From contig JACQOP010000035.1 in NCBI GenBank assembly GCA_016202485.1, positions 1 to 52,143 of the forward strand: a stretch of DNA of 52,143 bases. Direction: 5' to 3'. The DNA comes from Chloroflexota bacterium. GTDB taxonomy: Bacteria > Chloroflexota > Dehalococcoidia > Lucifugimonadales > JACPCL1. The notes under the pieces are model-generated. The model was given only the letters and a program-made list of their open reading frames with translations, was not told where the DNA came from and did no database searches. Below, piece by piece: positions 36,732 through 45,821 of the stretch; positions within the stretch are counted from its first letter, which is position 1, and each line of letters begins with the position of its first letter. The position numbers were made by a program, and so were the translations under genes.

Positions 36732-38378
36732 ATGAGTGATGACACCCCTCATCAGCTCTTCGCCTCCCTGGATGCTTTGCGCCCCCCGGTCCAGGCTGCC
36801 CTTGAGCGCACCAAGCAGCAGGCAGTGCTCCAGCGCCTCTGGGCCGGTGACTATACCTTGTGGCAGCCTGGCCCTACGGAGATCGCCGACCGCCTGGGCT
36901 GGTTGGACCTGCCCCAAGCTATGGGTAAGGAGCTGAGGGCGATGCAGGCCTTTGCAGAGGGTGTGCGCCAGCAGGGCTTCCGGTATGTGGTGCTGCTGGG
37001 CATGGGGGGCAGCAGCTTGGGGCCGGAGGTGCTGCGCCAGACCTTTGGGAGCATGTCAGGCTATCCCCGGCTTATTGTCCTGGATTCCACAGTGCCAGCC
37101 TGGGTACAAGCAGTGACTCAGGCAATTGAACCCTCCCGTACACTGTTTCTGGTCTCCTCCAAGTCCGGCACGACAATAGAACCGCTCTCCTTCTACACAT
37201 ACTTTCGCCGTTTGCTGGAGGGTGTAGTAGGCCAAGAGAAGGCAGGGGAAAGCTTCGTTGCTATTACCGACCCTGGCACTCCCCTGCAACGCATGGCGCA
37301 GGAACAGGGCTTTCGCCATGCCTTCCTCAATCCTCAGGATATCGGCGGGCGGTATTCCGTCCTTTCCCTGTTCGGCCTCGTACCTGCCGCCCTCCAGGGT
37401 ATAGACCTGGAAAAGCTCCTGGCGAGAGCAGAAACAATGCGCCAGGCGTGTGCAGTTGGTCCTGTAGAGCACGAAAACCCCGGCGCGTGGCTGGGTGCAG
37501 CCATGGCCGCCCTGGCTCTCCGCGGACGGGACAAGCTGACCCTTGTTTTGTCCCCTGCTATTGCCAGCTTTGGACTATGGGTGGAGCAGCTTATTGCCGA
37601 GAGCACCGGGAAGGAAGGCAAGGGCATTGTCCCTATTGCAGGGGAGCCTCTGGCAGAGCCAGGCGCCTATGGGAATGACCGCTTCTTCGTTTACGTGCGC
37701 CTGGAGGGTGATGGTAACGCCCCACTGGACGAGGCCACAGGAGCTTTCCAAAGAGCAGGCCATCCCGTGGTGACCATCCACCTGCGGGACCGGTACGACC
37801 TGGGTGCTGAGTTCTACCGCTGGGAATTTGCCACAGCTATCGCGGGGCACTTGCTCGGTATTCACCCTTTTGACCAGCCGGACGTGCAGGGAGCAAAGGA
37901 TGCCACCAACCGGCTGCTGGAGCGGTACCGCCGGATTGGACATCTGCCGGAGGTGAAAACACCTGGCAAGCTGCACTTTCTCCTGGAGCAGGCACGCCCT
38001 GGTGACTATCTGGCGGTCCTGGCCTATCTGCCTCAATCCCCAGACCTGGAGAGGGCCGTGCGGGAGGTGCGCCTGCGCGTGATGCGCCGGCATCGCATTG
38101 CGACCACCTTTGGGTATGGCCCGCGCTTCCTGCATTCCACCGGCCAGCTCCATAAGGGCGGCCCCAATACCGGGCTCTTCCTGCAGCTTACCCAGGCCCA
38201 TACAATGGACATACCTATCCCGGGGGAAGACTACACCTTCGGCGTCCTTGCCGATGCCCAGGCCCTGGGAGACCTCCATTCCCTGGAGGCGGCAGGCCGC
38301 CGTCTGGCCCGGGTGAAGCTGGCTCCTGACTATCTGGCAAAGGCCCTTGAGCGTTTGGCAGAAGAAGTAGACGCCTAA
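36732..38378 (+). CDS. pgi: glucose-6-phosphate isomerase (type found fused to transaldolase in some bacteria)
   Basis: 548 aa with YVVLLGMGGSSLGPEV, SKSGTTIEP and GGRYSVLS, the SIS/PGI motifs. Confidence 0.85.
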   Translation: MSDDTPHQLFASLDALRPPVQAALERTKQQAVLQRLWAGDYTLWQPGPTEIADRLGWLDLPQAMGKELRAMQAFAEGVRQQGFRYVVLLGMGGSSLGPEVLRQTFGSMSGYPRLIVLDSTVPAWVQAVTQAIEPSRTLFLVSSKSGTTIEPLSFYTYFRRLLEGVVGQEKAGESFVAITDPGTPLQRMAQEQGFRHAFLNPQDIGGRYSVLSLFGLVPAALQGIDLEKLLARAETMRQACAVGPVEHENPGAWLGAAMAALALRGRDKLTLVLSPAIASFGLWVEQLIAESTGKEGKGIVPIAGEPLAEPGAYGNDRFFVYVRLEGDGNAPLDEATGAFQRAGHPVVTIHLRDRYDLGAEFYRWEFATAIAGHLLGIHPFDQPDVQGAKDATNRLLERYRRIGHLPEVKTPGKLHFLLEQARPGDYLAVLAYLPQSPDLERAVREVRLRVMRRHRIATTFGYGPRFLHSTGQLHKGGPNTGLFLQLTQAHTMDIPIPGEDYTFGVLADAQALGDLHSLEAAGRRLARVKLAPDYLAKALERLAEEVDA

Positions 38379-38403
38379 AGGAGGCCCCTAGAGGAGGCCC
38401 AAG

Positions 38404-39315
38404 ATGCAGCTTGGAATGATTGGCCTGGGGCGCATGGGGGGGAATATGGCCCAGCGGCTTTTGCAACGAGGCCACCAGGTGGTGGCGTACGACGCCAGCC
38501 CAGCGGCGGTGCAGGCATCGGCGCGGCAGGGGACCGCGGGCGCGTCCTCTATGGCTGATCTCGTAGGGCTTCTAGCCCCTCCTCGCGCTGTGTGGGTCAT
38601 GGTCCCCGCCGGAGAGCCAACGGAGGACACGGTGCAGGCCCTGGGCGGGCTTCTTGCCCCAGATGACGTGGTGATTGAAGGCGGCAACTCCTTTTACAAG
38701 GATAGCCTTCGCCGGGCCAAGGCCCTGGCTGACAAAGGCATCCACTTTCTGGACTGCGGCACCAGCGGGGGTATATGGGGCTTGCAGGAAGGGTACAGCC
38801 TGATGATTGGCGGCGACCGTGGGGCCTTCCAGCGGCTAGAGCCGGTGTTCCAGGCCCTGGCCCCTGGCCCGGACCGGGGCTACGGCTATGTTGGCCCGGC
38901 AGGGGCGGGGCACTTCGTAAAAATGGTGCACAATGCGGTGGAGTACGGCATGATGCAGGCCTATGCCGAGGGGTTTGAGCTGCTGGCGGCCAAGGAGGAA
39001 TTCCAGGTGGACTTGCAGCAGGTGGCGGAGCTATGGCGGCACGGCAGCGTGGTGCGGTCATGGCTGCTGGACCTGGCGGCGGAGGTGCTGAAACAGGACC
39101 CCGGTCTGGAGAGCCTGGAGGCGTTTGTGGAGGACTCGGGCGAAGGCCGCTGGGCGGTGCAAGAGTCGGTGGACCTGGCGGTGCCGGCCCCGGTGATGGC
39201 GGCCTCTCTGCAGGCGCGCTTCCGTTCCCGGCAGGAGCGGCCCTTTGGGGCGCGCCTGCTCTCAGCCCTGCGCCAGCAGTTTGGTGGACACGAGGTCAGG
39301 CGGCGGAGCGGGTAA
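38404..39315 (+). CDS. gnd: 6-phosphogluconate dehydrogenase, decarboxylating (short ~300-aa Gnd-like form)
   Basis: It has MQLGMIGLGRMGGNMAQRL (Rossmann), GGNSFY, GTSGGIWG and GAGHFVKMVHNAVEYGMMQA. Confidence 0.88.
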   Translation: MQLGMIGLGRMGGNMAQRLLQRGHQVVAYDASPAAVQASARQGTAGASSMADLVGLLAPPRAVWVMVPAGEPTEDTVQALGGLLAPDDVVIEGGNSFYKDSLRRAKALADKGIHFLDCGTSGGIWGLQEGYSLMIGGDRGAFQRLEPVFQALAPGPDRGYGYVGPAGAGHFVKMVHNAVEYGMMQAYAEGFELLAAKEEFQVDLQQVAELWRHGSVVRSWLLDLAAEVLKQDPGLESLEAFVEDSGEGRWAVQESVDLAVPAPVMAASLQARFRSRQERPFGARLLSALRQQFGGHEVRRRSG

Positions 39316-39988
39316 GGCGGAACTCCAGCTCCAGACGTATGTTGTCCTCCACACTCAGCACCACGACTACTCGTGGCACTGCCATGTTGAAATAGCCGAA
39401 CTGGAAGCTGGTTGTTGCCAGCCCAGCGGTTTCTTCACCCCTGAAGGTCAGGGTCACGTCCCATGTGGCGGGTTTGGTCATGCCCCGTATCGTCATGTCC
39501 CCCACCAACTGGAAAGAGGCTTCCCCGCTGGCTGGGAGGGGCCACGACAGGCCCGTAATAGCCCTTGGCAGAAAGACCACCTCCGGATAGCGCGCCGACT
39601 GTAGAGAGCTGTTGCGGAGGTAGTTGTCCCGGCGGCCCTCGTCGCTGGTAAGGTCATAGACGTTTACCACAATGCGAGAGGCATCCGGGGAGATTACTCC
39701 GTCAGGCCCTAAGATGATAGCCCCGCTTACCTTCTGGGTCGCCCCTACCGCATCGTTGGGGAAGCTGCGCCCAACGAGCTGCTCCGTCACCCGGTATCGG
39801 GCCTCGGCGCCGGAAGCAATCGTTAGGACGGTGGAGCCGGCGGGGACATCAGGGAGTAGAGAGGCAACTGTTGGCGTGGACTGAACAGCCGGAGCGATAA
39901 GAGAGCCTGCACAGCCTGTGGCCAGGGCGGTGAGGTAACCCGAAAGGGCCAAAGAGCGCAGATGCTTTGGGAGCAAGGTAGCAAACAT
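39296..39988 (-). CDS. YceI-like (polyisoprenoid-binding) lipoprotein
   Basis: The ATG at 39988 gives MFATLLPKHLRSLALSGYLTALATGCAG, with a lipobox. YceI hallmarks are present (ARYRVTEQL...SGAII...TIRGMTKPATWDVTL). The ORF-track start at 40141 is an upstream extension. Confidence 0.8.
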   Translation of the reverse strand: MFATLLPKHLRSLALSGYLTALATGCAGSLIAPAVQSTPTVASLLPDVPAGSTVLTIASGAEARYRVTEQLVGRSFPNDAVGATQKVSGAIILGPDGVISPDASRIVVNVYDLTSDEGRRDNYLRNSSLQSARYPEVVFLPRAITGLSWPLPASGEASFQLVGDMTIRGMTKPATWDVTLTFRGEETAGLATTSFQFGYFNMAVPRVVVVLSVEDNIRLELEFRLTRSAA

Positions 39989-40184
39989 GAACAAAGTGAT
40001 GGGGGATGACTGGCTGCGGCGTTGTGGGAATAGTAACGCAACCGGCGGAGGTATTGTAAGGGCAAGAAGGGAATTGGCTCCTGTGTGAGGGGGAATCCGA
40101 ATCCCCCGGCCTGGTGTTCTGGCTCGCGTCCGATAGTACACGAAACGCGCTGCGGAGATAGGTTACGCAACCGCAAACGGTGGG

Positions 40185-40508
40185 CTACGGCTCCAGCGGA
40201 GGATTGCCGGCGCACATCACGCCTTCCCATACGTCAAAAAGCACTGCTACTTCCGGAATTGCCGCGAACTCTTCTGGGGTGATATCTAAGAATGCAGTCT
40301 GCCCCGCAAGGTTGAGGACCACCGACACCCTGACCTCATCCGTCCCCTTCCTGTGACGGATTTCGTGGTAATTGATCGGGTACCCGGATTGCCGGTTGTT
40401 CAGGAGCGTACTGCCGGATAGATTGCGCATCCTGCCAGCCTTTATGCTATTTGTATTCAGTTGCGCCAGCGTCTCAGAGTCCAGCATCTTCAACGGCATA
40501 TACTTCAT
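40185..40508 (-). CDS. hypothetical protein (orphan, 107 aa)
   Basis: Intact ORF 45 nt downstream of the cysteine desulfurase gene on the same strand. No family recognised. G+C looks lower than in the neighbours by eye. Confidence 0.5.
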   Translation of the reverse strand: MKYMPLKMLDSETLAQLNTNSIKAGRMRNLSGSTLLNNRQSGYPINYHEIRHRKGTDEVRVSVVLNLAGQTAFLDITPEEFAAIPEVAVLFDVWEGVMCAGNPPLEP

Positions 40509-40553
40509 TTGTCACCTCGTCAACTCGGAAGGCTGTGCCTTCCCCAAGGCCGG

Positions 40554-41741
40554 TTACAGCGTCCCTGTGCGGTCTCCACTCCTCTGCGCGTTTACTAGGG
40601 CGCCGATGACCTGACATGCTTGTGTTATTTCTTCACAGTCGTTACCAATTCCCAGCGTCAAGCGCAAGCTCCCCCAGAGCAGGTCATCTCCCAGGCCCAG
40701 GGCCAGCAGGACGTGGGACGGTTCTGGGCTGTCTGCCGAACATGCACTGCCGGTGGATGCGGCGATGCCCTCCTTGGCCAGCGAATACACCAGCGCCTCT
40801 CCGTCCACTCCCGTAAAGCTCAGGTTGACATTGTTCGGCAATCGCTGGATAGGGTGTCCGTTGAGTTTTACCCCGCTAACGCCTGCCTGTATCGTATCTA
40901 TCAACTGTTGTTGGAGAGTGCGGCAATGAGCGGCGGCCCTTTCTCTCTCGGCGGCTGCCAGGCGCAGGGCCAGCCCGGTCCCCACAATCCCCGGAACGTT
41001 CTCTGTCCCACTGCGTCTTCCATGTTGCTGCCCTCCCCCGTGGAAAAGCGGCTCAAGGGGAGTCCCTTCCCGGATGTACAGGACGCCACAACCCTTTGGC
41101 CCGTGGAATTTGTGAGCGGACAGCGACAGCAGGTCAACACCCAAAGACTGGACGTTGAGGTCAATGAACTCCGCCCCTTGCACAGCGTCGGTGTGCACAA
41201 ACACCTTGCGGCCAATAGACTGGGCCCGCTCTGTGACCGCCTTTGCTATCTCTGCTATTGGCTCAACAGTGCCGACCTCATTGTTGGCAGTCATTATGCT
41301 GACAAGCACCGTTTTGTCAGTAATTGCCCGTGCAACTTCATCGGGATCTATAAGCCCATCCTGATCAACCGGCAGGTACGTGACCTGCACCCCCTGGCGT
41401 TCCAGAAAATGGCAGACATTGAGCACAGCGTGATGCTCTATGCGGGTTGTGATAACGTGGTTCCCATATTCGCCGAGTGCCCGCGCGACGCCTATCAAGG
41501 CAAGGTTGTTGGACTCCGTTCCGCCGCTCGTAAACACAACCTCTGAAACAGGACAGTCCAGGACCTCTGCCACTTGCTTGCGGGCAATCCGAATAGCCTC
41601 TTGGCTTTTTTCGCCCAGGGGATAAATCGCCGACGGGTTTCCATAATGCTCGCAATAGTATGGGAGCATCGCCTCCACAACCGCTTGGTGTGCCGGTGTG
41701 GTGGCAGCGTGGTCAAGATAGATGAATGATTTTGAGGGCAT
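40554..41741 (-). CDS. cysteine desulfurase (NifS/IscS class)
   Basis: It shows MPSKSFIYLDHAATTP...GNPSAIYPLG..., SLSAHKFHGPKG (PLP Lys) and STGSACSA (catalytic Cys loop). An alternative GTG start lies at 41771. Confidence 0.92.
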   Translation of the reverse strand: MPSKSFIYLDHAATTPAHQAVVEAMLPYYCEHYGNPSAIYPLGEKSQEAIRIARKQVAEVLDCPVSEVVFTSGGTESNNLALIGVARALGEYGNHVITTRIEHHAVLNVCHFLERQGVQVTYLPVDQDGLIDPDEVARAITDKTVLVSIMTANNEVGTVEPIAEIAKAVTERAQSIGRKVFVHTDAVQGAEFIDLNVQSLGVDLLSLSAHKFHGPKGCGVLYIREGTPLEPLFHGGGQQHGRRSGTENVPGIVGTGLALRLAAAERERAAAHCRTLQQQLIDTIQAGVSGVKLNGHPIQRLPNNVNLSFTGVDGEALVYSLAKEGIAASTGSACSADSPEPSHVLLALGLGDDLLWGSLRLTLGIGNDCEEITQACQVIGALVNAQRSGDRTGTL

Positions 41742-41781
41742 ATATCTTGCCTGTGAAACGTGTTCCAGCACGGAAAGCTGG

Positions 41782-42213
41782 CTAGGAAACGGTAAAAATC
41801 AGGTTCTTGACTAGGGCGCCGTTCAGTAACACTCGGACCACATAGTCCCCCTGCTCCCCGAACGGCCCAAGGTTGATCTCATTGTCGCCTGCTGGCAAGG
41901 TCTGCGCCTGATCGTACATCACCTTGCTTGTCCGCCCGCGCTCCTGAACACAAAAGCGAGTGGTGGTCTCGCTCTTCGTCGCCGCCAGCACCACCACGTC
42001 TTCAGCGGGACCAAACACCTGCCCGCCCTCGCCAGTGGGAGGACCGCCGCTGCTGAACTCCATGCGGTCAAAGTGCTGTGCGAAGAGCCCTTCGTCTGCA
42101 GACCCCCCTGCGGCGCACTCCTGGGCCTGCTCTGTGGGGCCCCCACATGCCAGTGCCGCAGCCATGGAAAGGACCGCTGCCAAACCGATAGTGCCTAAGC
42201 CCCTTGTGTTCAT
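41782..42213 (-). CDS. hypothetical lipoprotein
   Basis: The ATG at 42213 gives MNTRGLGTIGLAAVLSMAAALACGG, a signal peptide with lipobox. The C-terminal ~90 aa are beta-rich. Its stop lies 10-40 nt from the desulfurase start. Confidence 0.6.
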   Translation of the reverse strand: MNTRGLGTIGLAAVLSMAAALACGGPTEQAQECAAGGSADEGLFAQHFDRMEFSSGGPPTGEGGQVFGPAEDVVVLAATKSETTTRFCVQERGRTSKVMYDQAQTLPAGDNEINLGPFGEQGDYVVRVLLNGALVKNLIFTVS

Positions 42214-42247
42214 AAGCTTTGCCTTTCCGAGGATTACTGTGAGGTTC

Positions 42248-42850
42248 CTAGACCCACCCCCAGGGAATGGGCCTTCTGTATACCCGCCAGGCAAAGAGGA
42301 CTGCGAAGGCCATAAGGGGCAGCGCTAGCCACGGGCTGTAACGCATGGAAGCTTGCACGCCCATGATGAATGCAGTCACCACCAGGAACAAGCACAGGCT
42401 GGATATGCGCTTTCGGCGCAGCCGTAGCCGCACCAGCGCTGGCCGGCGTTCTTCTGGTACGAGGCTGTCCGGGGTGACGCCTGCCAGTAGCGCTTCAATA
42501 CGAGGTTGTATCCCTAGGTGAACGTAGGAGAGGAGACCGGTAAGGAGGACCAGGCTGCCCAGCTTTGCCAGGATAGCCCAGTCAATGAGACGGTCGGCAA
42601 ATCCTATTGCCCAGGGGTCCAGAAGGAGAAAGCCTGTTACAAGGATAGTGCCTAGATACATATAGCACCGCTGGGGCTGGTTTTTGATGATGTTTTCCAT
42701 GAACCGGTCGGTGTTATATCCTGGGGACACTGGGAACCTGCCCCGTTCATTGGCTACCACCAGCATGTACAGGGGCGCCGCCATCAGCATCGCCGCCACT
42801 AGGTGGACTACCCTCATGACCGCCAGTGCATCTACGGACATGGCATACAT
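42248..42850 (-). CDS. hypothetical integral membrane protein (about 5 TM)
   Basis: 200 aa with hydrophobic segments VMRVVHLVAAMLMAAPLYMLVV, YMYLGTILVTGFLLL, LAKLGSLVLLTGLL, LCLFLVVTAFIMGV and WLALPLMAFAVLFAW. No family recognised. An alternative start lies at 42841. Confidence 0.6.
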   Translation of the reverse strand: MYAMSVDALAVMRVVHLVAAMLMAAPLYMLVVANERGRFPVSPGYNTDRFMENIIKNQPQRCYMYLGTILVTGFLLLDPWAIGFADRLIDWAILAKLGSLVLLTGLLSYVHLGIQPRIEALLAGVTPDSLVPEERRPALVRLRLRRKRISSLCLFLVVTAFIMGVQASMRYSPWLALPLMAFAVLFAWRVYRRPIPWGWV

Positions 42851-42940
42851 CCTTACAGAGACTATTCTGGGAATCCCCGATTGCTCTCCTAGTGCTGGTT
42901 CACGCAGGTACGTTGCCCGTGCGAATCCTAGGGGCTGTCT

Positions 42941-43708
42941 TCAGTGGGTGTACGGCTTCTGATGGCGCCCGTACCACACGTTGTAGGGCGAAATCTCACG
43001 CTCTGTCCGCTGATACCCCGGCTGGTACTTCTCCGCCACCTGGCGCGCCGTCTCCACCTGCAGCTCCTCCGGGTAGGGAAGGAACTCCACCTCAGGTTCC
43101 TGGCGAGGCACAAAGAGCACCATGCCGATGGGCGTCTGGGGATCAACCTTGAAACGCTCGCCAATCCTGAGCTCGTAGAGCATTTCCGTGACTGCGGTCC
43201 CTGCGTACCAGTCGGTCTGGACGCGGACGGTATAGGCGTAGGGTGTGGGGGGTTCAAGGAGATTGGTGACCCCCGTCCAGACCGAGTCCCATCCTTCCGG
43301 GGTCTTGAACCAGCAGTTCGTCAGAAGGCGGACGGTACCGGCCGGGTTCTGCATACTATGGAATACCTTGTCCATGGCGGCCTTTATCCGTTCCTCGCAC
43401 TTTGGGTCAGGGTTCACCCCCTCGGGAGGAAAGAGTTCCAGCATCCGGCTGCCATCCTCCCCCGCCATGAGCAGGAAATCAAACGCAAAGTCTGAGTGTT
43501 CCGAGGCCTGGTGCCGGACCCGGAGATAGCCGGGCACGCGCTCTATTTCCCATGAGGACCGGGTATTGGGATAGACCACCCAGCCCAGGCGGTTCCCTTC
43601 GCCCAGCACAGGACAATGCAAGCTTGCCTGGGGCAGGCGGGGTCTGGTAGCCACCCTTTGCGGTCTTCGTCCTTCGGTGTCGTGCATGTAGCACTTGACG
43701 GTATCCAT
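42941..43708 (-). CDS. hypothetical protein (255 aa), possibly DUF6065-like
   Basis: Intact ORF with AGGAAG 5 nt upstream of the ATG. The segment LHCPVLGEGNRLGWVVYP faintly recalls the RC(L)P...AN..GW pattern I associate with DUF6065. This assignment is unverified. Confidence 0.55.
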   Translation of the reverse strand: MDTVKCYMHDTEGRRPQRVATRPRLPQASLHCPVLGEGNRLGWVVYPNTRSSWEIERVPGYLRVRHQASEHSDFAFDFLLMAGEDGSRMLELFPPEGVNPDPKCEERIKAAMDKVFHSMQNPAGTVRLLTNCWFKTPEGWDSVWTGVTNLLEPPTPYAYTVRVQTDWYAGTAVTEMLYELRIGERFKVDPQTPIGMVLFVPRQEPEVEFLPYPEELQVETARQVAEKYQPGYQRTEREISPYNVWYGRHQKPYTH

Positions 43709-44076
43709 ATTCGCTTCCTCTGCTTATGCGTAGCGGAAGGCATAGCCTGGCGACTTACTAGAACGATGAGGGCCTGGCCTGCAACACTTCGCCATAGTTT
43801 GCCTGTACCACACCCGCTTCCGCCTGAATATTTCCTGAAAAATCCCGTGGTTCTGCAAACACAGGTGCTTAGAAAGAACCGAGAAAGTGGGTGTTCCCTG
43901 CGGGTTGTGGGCTGCCAACTCAAGGACGACCGAGGCAGTAGCCCGGCTGTTGGCGTTCTACCGCTCAGAATGCACTAACGGAGACGCCTCTCTCAGTTCG
44001 TGGACCAGTCAGAAGGAGGTGTGCGATCAGGCGGCTCTGAGACCCGCATCCTGTTACCCTTCTCCATCCCAGGGCG

Positions 44077-44388
44077 TTGAGAATTTTGTGGAATGGGACT
44101 CCACCAGGATGTATATCTTTGGGGGTAGAGCAGGTGAGTACGTCCCTTGGACACTCTGGCGCGGCTACTTCCAGGGCGGACCTGGCTCGCCAGCTTGGGG
44201 TTCCCAGGGCCCACGTGACTCAGGTGCTCCGGCTGCTGGACCTTGCTCCGGAGGTTACACGAGAGATCAACACGTTGGGCGATCCATTACCCAGGAAGAT
44301 TGTCAGCGAACGGATGCTCAGACCACTCGTCCATCTGCCACCGAGGGTACAGGTGCTTCAGGTGATCAAACTGATAAGCCGCGCTTGA
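44077..44388 (+). CDS. small helix-turn-helix protein (ParB/KorB-type HTH), possibly a mobile-element remnant
   Basis: SRADLARQLGVPRAHVTQVLRLLDLAPEV...SERMLRPLV resembles the HTH segment of ParB-like proteins. There is no ATG start (TTG 44077 or GTG 44134) and no clear RBS, so it may be a pseudogene. Confidence 0.35.
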   Translation: MRILWNGTPPGCISLGVEQVSTSLGHSGAATSRADLARQLGVPRAHVTQVLRLLDLAPEVTREINTLGDPLPRKIVSERMLRPLVHLPPRVQVLQVIKLISRA

Positions 44389-44445
44389 GTGCGTTATTAG
44401 ACGCCTTAGGAACTGGGGGATGACGCTGAACAAAACGGATCGTCC

Positions 44446-45072
44446 CTACACCTCAGGATGCAGACCGTGTGATTCGTGCTCGCCGGAAGAGGATGGCTGG
44501 TCTCCCTCGCCTGCCACGTATCCGCGCAACTCATCGTACCGGGCCACTTGCTCCTGAGTAAGGACTTCAACCGTCTGCAAATGTGCCCGAAGGTGAACGT
44601 TCCGGAGCCTTCCCTCTACGTCGGCAAGATTGTTGGTGAGCGAGGTGAGTTTCTCAGGCGTGATCGCACCCGAGCGGAAGGCCTGATCCAGCTCCTCCTC
44701 CAGGTCGACCAGCTGCGTACCGAACTGAACTGCCTCCTGCTGCATTGCCGTCTTGATAGAGGAGACCGCGTCCTGCTGCTCCGGGGATAGATCAAGCTGA
44801 ACCCCGAGCTCTAGCACATGGGTTGGTCCAGGGTAGTGGTTCAACTCGGCCGCCAGGGCGTATCCGGCCCCGCGCCCAGCAAGAAGATCCGCCACGCGTT
44901 CCGGCGCCAGAGCTCGGATGTCCCTCTCCTGGAGTCCCGCATACGGCTGCGCCGGAGTGGGATCGCCTGCGACCTGTGTAGGGCTACTTCCTTGGCATCC
45001 TGCCGAAGCGGCCAGCAGCAAGGCTGCTCCCAGTAACGCGAGGGCACTTCTACTCCACGGTCGAATCTGCAC
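44446..45072 (-). CDS. Spy/CpxP/ZraP-family periplasmic stress/metal chaperone-like lipoprotein
   Basis: It has a signal peptide with lipobox LAASAGC, two LTxxQ-type motifs (DLSPEQQDAV, VLTQEQVARY), all-helical character and a His/Glu-rich C-terminus (GEHESHGLH). The GTG start overlaps marR by 23 nt. Confidence 0.7.
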   Translation of the reverse strand: MQIRPWSRSALALLGAALLLAASAGCQGSSPTQVAGDPTPAQPYAGLQERDIRALAPERVADLLAGRGAGYALAAELNHYPGPTHVLELGVQLDLSPEQQDAVSSIKTAMQQEAVQFGTQLVDLEEELDQAFRSGAITPEKLTSLTNNLADVEGRLRNVHLRAHLQTVEVLTQEQVARYDELRGYVAGEGDQPSSSGEHESHGLHPEV

Positions 45073-45514
45073 TATGCTGCTCCTTCCGCATCCTGTCCAA
45101 TCCCCGAACTAGGGCTGTTAGGCCATGAATCGCCGCTTCCCGATCTTCCGTTCCAAGGGCGGCGATGAGATGGCTGAACTTAGTTCGACGCGCTACGGCC
45201 ATCTGTTGCGCCGCCTGCCGTCCTGCCACGGTCAGGGAGAGGCGCACAGCCCGTCCGTCTTCCAGGTCGCCCACTCGGTCCAGCCATCCGCGTCGCTGGA
45301 GCTTGTCCACCAGGCGGCTGACCGTGCTCTTGTCCAACTGAAGGCAGGCGGCGAGCTCTTTCTGTTGGAGCGGGCCACCTTGGTCCAGTTCCATGAGCGC
45401 ATGGGCCTCTGATACCGACACTGGATGGCCGCACGGAGTCTGCTCAGGGTGGTGCAGGCCAAAAGCGCGCACGAAGGCAACCACAAGATCTTGAATGTGT
45501 TGAGTCTCAGCCAT
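45050..45514 (-). CDS. MarR family transcriptional regulator
   Basis: 154 aa with a winged HTH: LQQKELAACLQLDKSTVSRLVDKLQRRGWLDRVGDLEDGRAVRLSLT. Confidence 0.9.
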   Translation of the reverse strand: MAETQHIQDLVVAFVRAFGLHHPEQTPCGHPVSVSEAHALMELDQGGPLQQKELAACLQLDKSTVSRLVDKLQRRGWLDRVGDLEDGRAVRLSLTVAGRQAAQQMAVARRTKFSHLIAALGTEDREAAIHGLTALVRGLDRMRKEQHSADSTVE

Positions 45515-45531
45515 GTATCAAATGATAGAAC

Positions 45532-45556
45532 ATTTAGTTGTGAGACACACCTAAAT
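45532..45556. promoter_or_regulatory. candidate MarR operator (11-3-11 inverted repeat)
   Basis: In ATTTAGTTGTG-AGA-CACACCTAAAT the arms are complementary at 10 of 11 positions. It lies 18-42 nt upstream of the marR start codon. Confidence 0.45.
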
Positions 45557-45821
45557 CCGGCTGACTCTCAGGCACGGTGCAGAGTCTAGCCGTGGTGGTT
45601 GCAGAGGCTTCTGTTACTGTACCTGGAGGCCCTTGGAACGCAACGTGGGTTTTGGTCCAGTACTGATGCTGATTGGGATTGATCTCTTGGTGGGTAGGGG
45701 ATAGAGCCTGTCAGCTCAGGAGCTAGGACTGACCGAGAGGGGCTTCATGTCACACGGGACGAATTGCTATGCCAGGAGTGAAACACCCGTCATACGTGGA
45801 CAGTTCTGCCTATTATCCTGC

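Noticed and set aside
43887-44423. 178-aa ORF overlapping the HTH ORF in another frame
   Set aside because: The product is not protein-like (Gly/Ser/Pro/Ala/Thr-rich with no motifs). The overlapping frame at 44077-44388 carries the only recognisable (HTH) signature, and I found no convincing frameshift junction joining the two.
39000-45821. Search for a direct repeat of the tRNA-Asn 3' end (attR) and for an integrase
   Set aside because: Scanning by eye found no copy of GGATTCGAACCTAC or its flanks and no tyrosine- or serine-recombinase-like ORF. A genomic-island call is therefore not supported beyond the weak circumstantial evidence listed in the findings.
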